The notes: generated by a model from the sequence alone, not told the origin. A stretch of 58,217 nucleotides of DNA from Polyangiaceae bacterium (GCA_016715885.1 JADJXL010000022.1:267588-325804); one strand, 5' to 3'. Numbered from the stretch's first letter, positions 18,340-29,700 are shown. Numbers and translations are program-made.

Positions 18340-18948
18340 ATGAAACTCCACGCCCCAGCCGCCGATCGCAACAAGCAGCCCATTCTCGACGTTCTGCGCC
18401 CGCTGTTGCCCAAACCTGCGCTTGTCATCACGATTGCCGAAGGTTCGGGCCAGCACGTCGTCCATTTCGCCCAATACCTTCCGCACGTCACGTTTCAGCC
18501 TACGGATCGCGACCCCGACGCGCTCGCGAGCATCGGAGCGCATCGCGCCGAAGCAGCCCTGGCAAACATCCGCCCCGCCATGACGCTCGATGCCGCAGAT
18601 TCCACTTGGCCCATTGAATACGCCGATGCCGTCGTGTGCATCAACATGATCCACATTTCACCTTGGTCCGCGAGTGAAGGGCTCTTTCGTGGCGCATCAC
18701 GCGTGCTTCGGCCTGAAGGGTTTCTCTTGACGTACGGCCCGTGACGATTTTCGGGAGCGTTTCACGCGTCAAGCAATCAGGCCTTCGATGAATCGCTCAG
18801 GGCGCGAAATCCAGCCTGGGGCGTGCGCGACATGGGCGACCTCGCGAAGCTCGCTGCGTCGAACGGTTTGTCGCATGAAACATCCGTGGCGATGCCCGCG
18901 AACAACCATTGCTTGATTTTTCGGAAACCGGCGAGCGGAGCCGGCTGA
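18340..18948 (+). pseudogene. DUF938-family (methyltransferase-like) gene interrupted by an in-frame TGA at 18742-18744
   Basis: The N-terminal part reads MKLHAPAADRNKQPILDVL...GSGQHVVHFAQYLP. After LLTYGP, a TGA is followed in the same frame by RFSGAFHASSNQAFDESLRARNPAWGVRDMGDLAKLAASNGLSHETSVAMPANNHCLIFRKP. That continuation matches the conserved DUF938 C-terminus. Confidence 0.6.
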
Positions 18949-19027
18949 CGCATCGAGCGCTCCGGACATCGGGGCGCACGAATACGTGCCTTGAGCGGTC
19001 TCGCCGAGCAGTCCGTCCGGCCGCCGC

Positions 19028-19738
19028 ATGCGCACGCGGATTGCATTTCGCGTGGCCATGCGTCGCTACGTCATTGCGCTCGTGCTCGGTGTGCCGCTCG
19101 CCGCGGGATGCGGGGCGACCCGCTACTATTACGAGCCTGCCGAGCAGGCCACGGCTACCGTCATGGGGGCTCCGGCCGCGCGCTACGCCATTCCACCCGA
19201 TACGCAACTCGGGGATGTCCGTATCGCATCGCTCGGCATCGATGACGTTCTGCTCGACGAAGACACCGACCCTGCGCCGGCATTGCACACACGACTCATC
19301 GTTGCCAACGAGCGCGGCGAGCGCGAGTGGAATGTCGATACGCGTAACATCCGCATTCAATTCTCGTCCCGCATGCCGCCGGTAGCCCCCGCATTCGTCA
19401 ATACCAATGGGACCGGTATGCCCGTGGTCACCATACCGCGAGGCGAATCACGCACGATCGACACGTACCATCTCTTGCCCGGCAACCTGGAAGATGCCGA
19501 GGATCTGCCGCAATTCGACATCGTTTGGGAAGTTCAAACCGACGCGGAAACCATTGCCGAACGGACTCCATTCGACCGCCGCGAAGCCGAGCCACCGCCG
19601 AGCACCATGACGATGTACGGCGCTTGGGGAATGGGGCCCTATCCATACGGCCCGTGGTACGATCCTTGGCTGGCCCGTCCCATCATCATCCAGCGCATCA
19701 CGCCGGCACCGCGGGTGTATTATTATCCTCGCAGATGA
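19028..19738 (+). CDS. Hypothetical lipoprotein
   Basis: The signal peptide carries the lipobox LAAGC. A Pro/Tyr-rich C-terminus follows. Confidence 0.45.
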   Translation: MRTRIAFRVAMRRYVIALVLGVPLAAGCGATRYYYEPAEQATATVMGAPAARYAIPPDTQLGDVRIASLGIDDVLLDEDTDPAPALHTRLIVANERGEREWNVDTRNIRIQFSSRMPPVAPAFVNTNGTGMPVVTIPRGESRTIDTYHLLPGNLEDAEDLPQFDIVWEVQTDAETIAERTPFDRREAEPPPSTMTMYGAWGMGPYPYGPWYDPWLARPIIIQRITPAPRVYYYPRR

Positions 19739-19753
19739 GCGCGCATCGCGGTG

Positions 19754-20620
19754 TCACCGATGCCCCACCGCGAGAAAATGGGTCATCGCCAGGAAAAACC
19801 GCCCGTTGGCGCCTCGCGTTTTCTGATCGGACAACCACGCATTGGCGGCTTCCAACGTCAGCAAGCCCATGGCCTCCGCCAATTGAGCCCATAGTTCTGG
19901 AAAAAATCCGTATTCGTCGTAGCTCGTGCACACGTGCGTGTCCGCAACGACGTGCACATTCGAAAAACCAGCGTCCTTGAGCAATCGATGATATTGGCGC
20001 CCGACTGCACCATTTGCAATGCCCCCCGCCGTGGCGCGCGCAATGCTGCGCGTCGTGGCGAGATCGTTGCTATCGAGCAGCACGCTGTCCCAATCCTGGT
20101 CCACGAGCACGATGCGCCCTCCCGGCGCAAGCACTCGGTGCGCTTCCTTCAATGCTGGTTCCGGCTGTCGTAAATGTTGATAAAGCCGCTCCGCACGGTA
20201 TCCGTGTAGGCTGCCATCGGCATAGGGTAACGATTCCGCATCACCCACCTGCATCGTGGCATGGATTCCCCTGCGGGCAGCGCGCGCGCGTGCCACGTTG
20301 ATCAAACTTTCGTTGATATCCACCCCAAAAACAGAACCACCCGGCGAAACCAGCTCCGCAAGCTCGAATATGGCGGTTCCCGCACCACAACCAATGTCCG
20401 CGACGCTCGATCCTCGTTCGGCGCGCAGGAGCTCGTACGAACGTCGCCTGCGTGCAATGACGTCCGGCTTTCGTTCCATGCGGTCGAGGAATGCCAAAAG
20501 CGGATTCGATGCCGCCTCTTCGGCGACGAGCTGGTTCTCATGATGGGAGTCTTGCATGTACGTCCTCTTTTCCCTATCGCTGGCCTGCCGCCATGAGCCC
20601 CGAACCAAATTCGGCGTCAA
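19754..20620 (-). CDS. Class I SAM-dependent methyltransferase
   Basis: Motif I is VADIGCGAGTAIFEL and the post-I motif is GGSVFGVDINE. The Methyltransf_11-like layout is present. Confidence 0.7.
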   Translation of the reverse strand: MTPNLVRGSWRQASDREKRTYMQDSHHENQLVAEEAASNPLLAFLDRMERKPDVIARRRRSYELLRAERGSSVADIGCGAGTAIFELAELVSPGGSVFGVDINESLINVARARAARRGIHATMQVGDAESLPYADGSLHGYRAERLYQHLRQPEPALKEAHRVLAPGGRIVLVDQDWDSVLLDSNDLATTRSIARATAGGIANGAVGRQYHRLLKDAGFSNVHVVADTHVCTSYDEYGFFPELWAQLAEAMGLLTLEAANAWLSDQKTRGANGRFFLAMTHFLAVGHR

Positions 20621-20814
20621 TCGACGGGCACGATTCGGGCTTCGAGCCGCGACGCATCCGCTCGACGTTGGCCCGACGAAGGCCGCGCTGCCAGGTTTGC
20701 CAATACCGCAGGCACACGTTTCGACCGTGACGCAACAAAATTATGCGACCGGCACGCAAGCTCACCCAATTGTCGCAAAATGCAATGATTTCAAACGAGT
20801 AGGCGACTTCGCGG

Positions 20815-23800
20815 GTGGTGCTTTGGCTCGCAAAATGTCAATGTACTGCAGCTCCAGAACAAAGGGTGCTATTTGAACCGGTTACCATGCCCGCTCAATC
20901 TCGCGTCGACGGAATTTCCCCCGGAGCCTTGACCCTCGAACAGTTCCTGCGCGGCGCGCTCGCCGCTGCCGAAGCTCTCGCGAAGCTGCATCAAAGCGGC
21001 ATCATCCACCAGAGCATCCGCTCCGACACGCTGCGGATCGATTTCGAGCATGTGACGGTCGAGCTGAGCGGCGTGCAGACCGTCGCGCAAGCCGAGCCCT
21101 CGGCACTCAAACTACCTCTCGAATCACTGCCCTACATCGCGCCCGAACAGACGGGACGGTTCGACTCCCCCATCGATCACCGCGTGGACCTCTATTCGCT
21201 CGGCATCGTGCTGTACGAGCGCTGGGCCGCGGCGCTTCCGTTTCACGCCGACGATGCCGTCGGGTGGGTGCACTGCCATGTCGCGCGCGCGCCACGTGCG
21301 CTCATCGAAGCTGCGTCGCAAACGCCCGTGGTCGTCTCCAGCATCGTCATGAAGCTCCTCGCGAAGTCGCCGGACGAACGCTACCAGAGCGCCCGAGGCC
21401 TCGCGCTCGACCTGGAACGCTGCTTGTCCGAGCTTTTGACGACGGCGCACATCGAGCCGTTCCCGCTCGGCACGCGCGACGTCTGGGACAAACTCCGCAG
21501 CGCCGGGCAGATGTACGGCCGCAAGGAAGAGCTCGCGGCGCTTCGCGCGGCTGTCGGTCGAGCGTCGACCACGCGCGAGGTCGTGCTCGTGACGGGGCCG
21601 TCGGGAATTGGAAAAACGGCGCTTCTGCGTGAGCTTCAAAAGAGCAGCGACGAGAAGGCGTTTTTCCTCTGGGGTAAGTTCGAGCATCAAAGGCGGGACA
21701 TTCCGTACACGACGATCGGCCAGGCTTTCGGAGATCTCGTGCGTCAGCTCCTCGCGCTGCCCGACAAGGAGCTCGATGCGATACGCCAGCGACTCGTTGC
21801 AGCGCTCGGCGTGAACGCGCAGCTCGTCGTGGATCTGGTTCCGCAGATCGAATTGGTGATCGGCAAGCAGCCTCCGGCGGTGGTTCTCCCGGCTGCGGAC
21901 ACGCAGAGCCGGTTCAACATGACGTTCGCAAATTTCGTCGATGTGCTCGCGACGTCCGAGCGACCGATCGTGCTTCTGCTGGACGATCTTCAGTGGGCGG
22001 ATTTTGGCAGCTTGGATCTTCTTCAGCACGTTCTCACGCAACCCGCGCTGCGCAATTTGCTCATGGTCGGCGTGTATCGCGAAGAAGACGTGGGGCCGTC
22101 GCATCCGCTCGACAGCATGCTCGGTGCGGTGCGAGGTGCTGGGGTGACGGTGACGCCGATTGTCGTCGGGCCGCTTTCGCAAGCGCAAGTCGTCGATCTC
22201 GTGCGGGATCTTTTCGGCTGCGAGCCTTCCGAGGCCAAACCTTTGGCGTCGCTGCTTTGGGCCAAAACCGGGGGCAACCCGTTTTTCATGGCGCAACTGC
22301 TGGGCGTCTTGCACGAGGAAAAACTCATTCGGTTCGACGCGCAGCGGTGGGGCTGGCGGTGGGACATTGCGGACATCGAGTCGAAGGAGATCACCGACGA
22401 TCTCGTGGAGCTCGTGCTGGGCAAGCTGCGGCGTTTGCCCGAAGGAACGCTCGAGACGCTCGAAATCGCAGCGAGCACGGGCAATGAATTTTCGGTCGAT
22501 TTGGTGGCGACTTTGTGCGGCAAGACGAGCGAGGAGGTTCGTTCGTTGCTCGAGCCTGCGCTGGCGGACGGGATTCTCTTGCAGCGGCCGAGCGGCTACA
22601 AGTTCCTCCACGACAGACTCGTTCATGCCGCGTACGGGTTGATTGGGGAAGACGAGCGCACGGCGCTGCATTTGCGGCTGGGATGGCTGCTTTTCGAGCG
22701 CACGCCCCAGGACGAGCTCGACGGCGCGATTTTCGACATCGTCAACCAGCTCAACCTGGGTGCAGCGCGAGTCGAGTCGCCGCATCAGCGACGCCGCATC
22801 GCCGAGCTCGATCTGCGCGCAGGCCGCAAGGCCAAGGCGGCTGCGGCGGCAAGAACGGCGGCCATGTACCTTGGCAAGGGTATTGGTCTTTTGCCCGAGG
22901 ATGCGTGGTCGACCGAGTATGCGCTCGCGTATGCGCTGCACATCGAGCTTGCGGAGTGCGAGTTCATGACGGGGCGCTTCGAGGATGCGGAGCGGCTCTG
23001 CGCGACGGTGCTCGAACATGCGCGCACGCCGGTCGACAAGGCGGGTGCGTATCGGATTCAGCTCCTGCTTGCGACGGCGCAGATGAACAATGCGCACGCG
23101 ATCGAGCTCGGGCGGACGGCGCTGCGTTTGTTCGGGATCGAGCTACCTGCCGATCCGACCGAGCAGGACGTTCGCTCCGAGGTGGCGGCGGTACGGGACA
23201 AACTCCAGGGCACGACGATCGAGTCTCTTGGTCGACTGTCCGCGATGACGGATCCGGATACGATTGCGGCGATGGACATCCTTGCCGCGCTCTATCCGGC
23301 TGCGGTGTATGTCGTTCCCAACCTCTCGCAAGTCGCTGTCGCGCACATGGTGCGTCTGAGTATTTTGCATGGCAATGCGCCCGCATCGGCGCACGGTTAT
23401 GCGATCCTCGGCTTGGTTCTTTGTTCGCGGTTCAGTGAATTCCGCGATGGCTACCTCTTTGGCAAGCTTGCATGCGACCTGAGCCAAGAGCCTCGTTTTG
23501 AAAGTTATGCGAGTGAGGCCCTCGTCAATTTCGGCGCACTCACGTTGATTTGGTCACGACCCATGCGCGAGTCGCTGGAAATTTTGGCGATGGGTTTCCG
23601 TAGCGGGAAAAACGCAGGAAAAACCATTTATGCCGGCTCGAATTTGCTCCAGACGGCGATGGTGTCTTTGGCCTTGGGTGAGCCGCTCGATGCCGTCCAG
23701 GATGCGGGCGCTTTTGCGTACGAGTTTTTGACGAATGCGCGATTCGGGTTCTTGGCCGATAATGCGCGCACGCTGCAGCATTGCGCGCGGTCGCTTCGTG

Positions 23801-25827
23801 GTGAGACGGAACGATTCGGGTCGCTCACCGGCGATGGACTCGACGAGGTTGCATTCGAGAAACACCTGCAAGCCCAGGGAATTCCGGTCATCCATTACTT
23901 GTATGCAATCTACAAGCTGGTGGCGCGTTATCATGCAGGCGAACATGCAGATGCGCTCGCCGCAGCCGATCTAGCAGAAGGCTTGATTTGGAGCCGGCTC
24001 TATAGCGTGGCGGATGCCGAGTTTTACTTCTATGCCGCTTTGGCGGTCGCCGCCGCCTATCAAGATGCCACGGAGGAAGCGCGAGCGGGTTTCCGAAAGC
24101 GACTTACGAATTACGAGGATCAACTCCGGCAATGGAGCGAGAGTTGTCCGGACAATTTTCGATCACGGCATCATTTGGTTTCGGCAGAAATCGCGCGTAT
24201 CGATGGCCGGGATCACGACGCCATCGTGCTCTACGACAAGGCGATTCGATTCGCGCGTGAATCGGGATTCGTTCACGTCGAGGGGCTCGCGTGCGAGCTG
24301 GCCGGGGTTTTCTACAACCAGCGCGGCTATGCGCTCTTGCCCGCCGCCAATCTTCGACAAGCACGCAAATGTTACGATCGGTGGGGCGCGAAAGCGAAGG
24401 TCCGGCAGCTCGATACGCTGTATCCGGACCTCGTGGAAGCGCCGCGGCGGGAAAGCTCGCCGATGCCGAGCGCGGATGCCGAGCCCATCGATTCGCTGAC
24501 GGCTGCCAAGGCATCGGCCGCGATTTCGAGTGAAATGTCGCCCGACGAGCTTTTGGCAACGCTCATGCGAATTCTCACCGAACACGCGGGCGCGCAGCGA
24601 GCTTGTTTGCTTTTGCCAACGGCCGAAGGGCTCAGTTTTGCCGCGGAAATCACGGCCGATCATGATGGCGTGCGCGTCGATACCTCACGAAATAGAAATG
24701 CTCCTTCAGCGAACGAGTTTCCCATCTCCGTTGCGCAATACGTGCGGCGAACGCGCGAAAAACTCGTGCTCGACGATGTCGCATCCAACGTGACGTTTGC
24801 AAGCGATCCTTACGTGGCTGCACGTCGTCCCAAGTCGCTTCTATGCGCTCCCATCGTCCGGCGCGGCGAAGTCGCCGGCATCTTGTACTTGGAAAACCGT
24901 TTGGCCCGCGGAGCGTTCACGCCGAAACGACTCTCCTTGCTCGAATTCCTTTCGGCCATTTCACTGGAAAATGCGCTGCTCGCGGCCGATTTGGTTCGCG
25001 AGACGGCGACGCGAACCCGAGCCGAAAAGACCCTCAAAGAAAGCGAAGAGCGCCTCCAAAGGCTCGTGGAAACGGCCAACGTCGTCCCGTGGGAAGCCGA
25101 TCGCATCACGGGCCGGTTCACGTACGTCGGCCCGCAGGTCGTCAAAATGCTCGGCTATCCGCAAGATGCCTGGTATTCGGACCATTTCTTGGGCACGCAC
25201 GTCCATCCGGAGGACCGCGAAAGCACGCTCCTGCACCTCGTCGCTGCGTCTGGCGAAGACGATTTCGATTTTCGCATTCGAGCCGCAGACGGGCGCACGG
25301 TGTGGCTCCACAACGTGGTGAGCGTACGCGGGGGCGATGGAAGCGATACCGTCGGAGGTTTTCTCTTTGACGTCACCGAGCGCAAGGAATCCGAAAGCAC
25401 CCTCAAGGACAAGCTGCGCATCATCGAAGAGCAGCAGACGGCCATTCAAAAATTGTCGACGCCCATCATCGAAGTATGGGAGGGCGTTTTGACGGTCCCG
25501 GTGCTTGGAATCGTCGACGAGCAGCGGGCCGAGCAAATGATGATGACGCTGCTCGATGCGGTGACGCGCACGGGTTGCCAATATACAATCATCGATTTGA
25601 CGGGCGTCGATGCGGTCGATACCGGCACGGCCGATCACCTCATGCGCATCGTCCGCGCCGTGCAACTCCTTGGCGCGCAGAGCATCGTGGTCGGTATTCG
25701 GCCGGAGGTGGCGCAAACGATCGTGTCGATGGGCGTGGACCTATCGTCGATCAGCACGCTGGCGACATTGCGGCAAGCATTGCTGATGTGCATGGGAGGG
25801 CCGCGAGGCGCGCGCAAGCGTGGTTGA
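20815..25827 (+). CDS. Giant multidomain signalling protein: N-lobe-less degenerate protein-kinase C-lobe, AAA_16/STAND P-loop NTPase, long helical (TPR-like) region, GAF, PAS and a C-terminal STAS domain
   Basis: Only the kinase C-lobe is present. HRD is replaced (IHQSIRSDT) and DFG is replaced (ELSG). The Walker A is VTGPSGIGKTALL and the Walker B is VLLLDDLQWAD. A GAF region reads CAPIVRRGEVAGILYLEN. A PAS region reads VWLHNVVSVRGGDG...FLFDVTERK. The STAS domain reads STPIIEVWEGVLTVPVLGIVD...IIDLTGVDAVDT. The track start is GTG 20815; an ATG at 20887 is an alternative. Confidence 0.8.
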   Translation: MVLWLAKCQCTAAPEQRVLFEPVTMPAQSRVDGISPGALTLEQFLRGALAAAEALAKLHQSGIIHQSIRSDTLRIDFEHVTVELSGVQTVAQAEPSALKLPLESLPYIAPEQTGRFDSPIDHRVDLYSLGIVLYERWAAALPFHADDAVGWVHCHVARAPRALIEAASQTPVVVSSIVMKLLAKSPDERYQSARGLALDLERCLSELLTTAHIEPFPLGTRDVWDKLRSAGQMYGRKEELAALRAAVGRASTTREVVLVTGPSGIGKTALLRELQKSSDEKAFFLWGKFEHQRRDIPYTTIGQAFGDLVRQLLALPDKELDAIRQRLVAALGVNAQLVVDLVPQIELVIGKQPPAVVLPAADTQSRFNMTFANFVDVLATSERPIVLLLDDLQWADFGSLDLLQHVLTQPALRNLLMVGVYREEDVGPSHPLDSMLGAVRGAGVTVTPIVVGPLSQAQVVDLVRDLFGCEPSEAKPLASLLWAKTGGNPFFMAQLLGVLHEEKLIRFDAQRWGWRWDIADIESKEITDDLVELVLGKLRRLPEGTLETLEIAASTGNEFSVDLVATLCGKTSEEVRSLLEPALADGILLQRPSGYKFLHDRLVHAAYGLIGEDERTALHLRLGWLLFERTPQDELDGAIFDIVNQLNLGAARVESPHQRRRIAELDLRAGRKAKAAAAARTAAMYLGKGIGLLPEDAWSTEYALAYALHIELAECEFMTGRFEDAERLCATVLEHARTPVDKAGAYRIQLLLATAQMNNAHAIELGRTALRLFGIELPADPTEQDVRSEVAAVRDKLQGTTIESLGRLSAMTDPDTIAAMDILAALYPAAVYVVPNLSQVAVAHMVRLSILHGNAPASAHGYAILGLVLCSRFSEFRDGYLFGKLACDLSQEPRFESYASEALVNFGALTLIWSRPMRESLEILAMGFRSGKNAGKTIYAGSNLLQTAMVSLALGEPLDAVQDAGAFAYEFLTNARFGFLADNARTLQHCARSLRGETERFGSLTGDGLDEVAFEKHLQAQGIPVIHYLYAIYKLVARYHAGEHADALAAADLAEGLIWSRLYSVADAEFYFYAALAVAAAYQDATEEARAGFRKRLTNYEDQLRQWSESCPDNFRSRHHLVSAEIARIDGRDHDAIVLYDKAIRFARESGFVHVEGLACELAGVFYNQRGYALLPAANLRQARKCYDRWGAKAKVRQLDTLYPDLVEAPRRESSPMPSADAEPIDSLTAAKASAAISSEMSPDELLATLMRILTEHAGAQRACLLLPTAEGLSFAAEITADHDGVRVDTSRNRNAPSANEFPISVAQYVRRTREKLVLDDVASNVTFASDPYVAARRPKSLLCAPIVRRGEVAGILYLENRLARGAFTPKRLSLLEFLSAISLENALLAADLVRETATRTRAEKTLKESEERLQRLVETANVVPWEADRITGRFTYVGPQVVKMLGYPQDAWYSDHFLGTHVHPEDRESTLLHLVAASGEDDFDFRIRAADGRTVWLHNVVSVRGGDGSDTVGGFLFDVTERKESESTLKDKLRIIEEQQTAIQKLSTPIIEVWEGVLTVPVLGIVDEQRAEQMMMTLLDAVTRTGCQYTIIDLTGVDAVDTGTADHLMRIVRAVQLLGAQSIVVGIRPEVAQTIVSMGVDLSSISTLATLRQALLMCMGGPRGARKRG

Positions 25828-25848
25828 GGGAAAGCGGTGCATCCGTCA

Positions 25849-26607
25849 TCAGGTAATGCGAAAACCACCGTCGAGCTGCAAGTTGGCTCCCGTTATGAAC
25901 GCCGCTCGATCCGAACAGAGGAAGAGCACGGCATCAGCAAGCTCGGCCGGGCGGCCCATGCGTTTCATGGGCAGCCTCGCGAAGAGCGCGCCGAGCGCTT
26001 CTTGTGGCAATTGCTGCGCATATTCGGCTGCCATAGCGGTTTCGAATGCCCCGGCGACGATCGCATTGACGCGGATGTTTTTCGCGGCACTCTCCACGGC
26101 AGCCGTACGCGTGAGCGCCTCGAGCCCGGCTTTCGCCGCCGAATACGCGCCAAGGCCGGGCTGCACCGATTGGGATGCGAGCGAGGAGCAATTGACGATG
26201 GCACCTCCTCCACTTGCTGCGATGGCTGGGATTTCGTATTTCATGCAGAAAAATATCGCACGCAGAAATGCAAGATCCCGGTCGAAAGATTCTGCGGTCA
26301 TCTCGACGAGGGATGACGCTCGGAGCGCTCCCCAAGCGTTGTTGTAGGCGTAATCCAAGCGGCCATGGATGGACAAGGTCCGCTCTACGAGCGCCTTGAC
26401 ATCGTCTTCGGATGTCACATCGGCGCGGATGAACGTGGCATCGCCGCCCGTAGCGCGAATGGAACCCTCGACTTCGCGCCCGAGCTCTTCACGGCGTGCC
26501 GTGAAGACGACCTTGGCGCCTTCACGGGCAAACGCTTCGGCCGCGGCCCTTCCCAGCCCCGCGTTTCCACCGGTTATCAGCGCAATCTTTCCCTCGAATT
26601 CACCCAC
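25849..26607 (-). CDS. Short-chain dehydrogenase/reductase (FabG-like 3-oxoacyl reductase family)
   Basis: The cofactor-binding motif is ITGGNAGLGRA and the catalytic motif is YSAAKAG (YxxxK). It lies 120 bp downstream of the NRPS-PKS gene on the same strand. Confidence 0.8.
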   Translation of the reverse strand: MGEFEGKIALITGGNAGLGRAAAEAFAREGAKVVFTARREELGREVEGSIRATGGDATFIRADVTSEDDVKALVERTLSIHGRLDYAYNNAWGALRASSLVEMTAESFDRDLAFLRAIFFCMKYEIPAIAASGGGAIVNCSSLASQSVQPGLGAYSAAKAGLEALTRTAAVESAAKNIRVNAIVAGAFETAMAAEYAQQLPQEALGALFARLPMKRMGRPAELADAVLFLCSDRAAFITGANLQLDGGFRIT

Positions 26608-26727
26608 GATTCACCTCCGCTCAGCAGTTTATCCGGAACGACGACGGCTGTATAGAGCCGTGTCTTGCCATGGATTGGGTGTCATGCATTGGACTGGACG
26701 TACCCACGATTGCCTTGTTCGTCAATG

Positions 26728-29700
26728 TTACGTTCGAGCAGATTCGCCCACGGGTAGCGAGCAGTGCATGTGAATCACGCGCCAGGCTCCTTCGTGTTTT
26801 TCCAGAACCAGGCTCAGGCGAGTATCGTGGTAAATGGCTTGTCGCTCGTCTTGTGCAGACGTTTGTTCAGAATCGAACCGTGCGGTAATGGTGGCAGCAC
26901 GACCACCGGCGAATACGAGAACTTTTGCATCGCGCACGCATGCGCGCAGGTCCACGAGCGATGCCATCTTGCGCTCATAATGTGCCCTGATGCTCATTGA
27001 GCCTTCGAGAATGTCATCGGAGACGCCAATGCTCACGCACGGATGATTCGGGGCAAACATGGCCCCCAATGCAGCCCCATCGCGCATACACATCCACTCG
27101 ACGAATCGATCCAGAAAAGCGCGTAGCTCCGCTTCGTCTTGGTCGAATGTTTGAATTGCTCTGCGGCTGGGGAATGGAGTTGGGATTCGAATACGTCGAG
27201 GCATCTCCGAGGGCGCTTGCAGTTGGACGTGCGAGGACGCATTGGGTTGCGTTGCAGGTTCGTGCGATACCGGGGTCATGGGCGTGGATGTCATTGCAGC
27301 CGGCGAGTCCATGAGGGTCTTGATGCCGTGGACGGTGGGATTCGCCATGAATTGAGCCATCTTGATTTTGCGTCCAGTTCGCAGGTTGAATTCAGCGAGG
27401 AAGTGAACGGCGAGGAGCGAGTCGCCTCCCAGCTCGAAGAAGTTTGCGCCTGGGGGCACTTGCGAAATGCCCAGCATACGCTTCCAAAGATGCTGTGCAA
27501 TCGACGGCGCACTGTCCGCAGCGGTCGTCGACATGGGTATGCGTGACGCCACGGGAGCTTCATCCATCGTGGAAATGGACACTTCGCCATTCGATGCCGA
27601 TGTCAGCGCAGCGAGGTCGTGCCACACGTTTGTTTTGAGCTCCGACGATCGCGTCGGATGCTCGGCGATGATGAGCGCACTGTCTTCGACACGCTGACGA
27701 GCGGGGTCTTTCGGAACGGTTTCGACATTCGCAAACCCGGCGCGCTTCAATTCGCGCTGCCAATCGGAGAGGGTCATCGTCAGCGCACCGCGGGCGCGAA
27801 CGACGTCCCAATAACCTGGCGCCAAACCCCAAACGAGATGGCCCCACGTACCGACGCGCGTCGTTTCGACGCAAACGAGCGCGCCGCCGGGAATGAGCAA
27901 TTCACGCAATTTCACGAGGCTCGAAGGGAGGTCGAGCGCCACGTGCACGGAATCGAGTCCGAGGATGATGTCATAACCTTCGTGGAACCCTTGTTCACTC
28001 GGGGCCCGATTCAGGTCGAAGCGAAGGAATTTCATCCAAGGAATGCGGCGTTTCTTTGCCTCGCGTTCTGCGACGTGAAGGAACGAACGTCCGATGTCGG
28101 TGAAATGGTATTCCACATTTTCACCACGAAGCCGCTCCACCAGGGGCCATGTGAGCCGACCATGTCCCGCGCCGACTTCGAGAATGCGGACTTTCTTGTC
28201 CCGGTGCCGCTTCATGATGTCGACCACGACGTCGCGTGCCAACGCCATGTAGACATGGTAATAAAACGCGGCATTTTCGCGCATGCACTCCTCGTAGAAT
28301 GCATCCGTGCCGTCGGGGTACAAAACGCCGATCGGCTCGATTTCGCCCGTCAGCGCTTCGTCGTAATGCGCGACGCAGTGTTCGAGGAAAAGGGATAGTC
28401 CCAAAAACTTGGGTTCGTCTCGTCGAAACGATACGGCGAGCCCGGCGGATCGCCCCACGCCCTCGCTACGGATCGAAATTGCGTCGGAACCTTGGCGAGT
28501 TGCCATGCCGGCACGTTCGAGCACGCGCACGAGGGAATTGAACATGGGGGTATATTTGGGCAGAATGCCCGTGTCTTTTTGCAGCGCCTCCATGGAACGC
28601 GGTCGTTCGAGGGTATCGCCCAATCGTCGTGCAAAAAAATCGAGCACGAGATGGGCGCAGAGGTTCTCCATTCGAGCCAACAACCCCGGAGCTTCGTCGA
28701 TGGATGTGGCTCCGAGCTCGCGGGTAATTTCGACGGCGCGCACGTCGAGCGGCGCGGGCTCCAAGGGCGGCGCGGCCGCTTGTTCATTGGGTTTGGGCAC
28801 TTTGGGCGGCGCAGCTTCGAGGTTGTAACGCCGCCTTTCGAATGGATACGTGGGCAATGGAATGCGCCGGCGCTTCTCGTGCGCGTAAAACGCTTGCCAA
28901 TCGACGTCCAGCCCGAGCTCCCACAATCGCCCCAATCCGCGAAACAGAGCGGCACACGAAGACTCGGCACGCTTGCGAGCGCTCGGCAATGTGCCCACGA
29001 TTTCGCACGTTTCTCCGTCGAACCGCGGATGCGCCTTGAGCAGCGAGCCGAGCGCGCTGCCCGGACCAACCTCGATGCAAATGGGCGATTCGAGGTCGAA
29101 TAGCGTATCGAAAGCATCGGTCAAGCGCACGGGATTGCAAAGATGATCCGCCCAAGCATCCGCATGGGTCGCCTGGTCGACATTCATGTATTTCCCCGTG
29201 ACGTTTGAAATGATGGGAATGCCGGGTGCGTTCCGCTCGGTGCGGGCCACGTGTGCACGAAAATCGGCGCGGATTCCGTGCATCATGGGTGAATGCGATG
29301 CACGTGAAACACGCACATCGCTGGTTTCGATGCCAGCATTCGTGAGACGAACGCGCACCTTGTCAATGAGCTCGGTGGCTCCGGATAGGACGACGCAATC
29401 GGGAGCATAGGTGGCAATGGCGATGCCGTCACCAAGGAATTGTGTAATCGTTCGCACGTCGGTAAATGCGGTGAGCATGCTGCCGGCGGGGGTGGAGTCC
29501 ATCAATTGGCCACGAGCGACGACGAGGCTGAGCGCGTCACGAAGCGAAAAGACGCCGGCAATGCAGGCTGCGACGTATTCGCCTAGGCTATGGCCGAGCA
29601 TGGCCGCGGGCTTTATGCCCCACGCCATGAGCTGCTTGGCCAACGCGTATTCGATGGCGAACAAGAATGGCTGCGCCCAGCCCATTTCGTCGAGTAGACG

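Noticed and set aside
18742-18744. Possibility that the in-frame TGA in the DUF938 gene encodes selenocysteine
   Set aside because: DUF938 is not a known selenoprotein family, no SECIS-like stem-loop is evident downstream, and the aligned position is a hydrophobic or aromatic residue in the family.
21124-23097. 657-aa minus-strand ORF inside the 1670-aa signalling gene
   Set aside because: This is an antisense GC-frame artefact (Arg-rich, no domains). The plus-strand frame has Walker A/B, GAF, PAS and STAS signatures.
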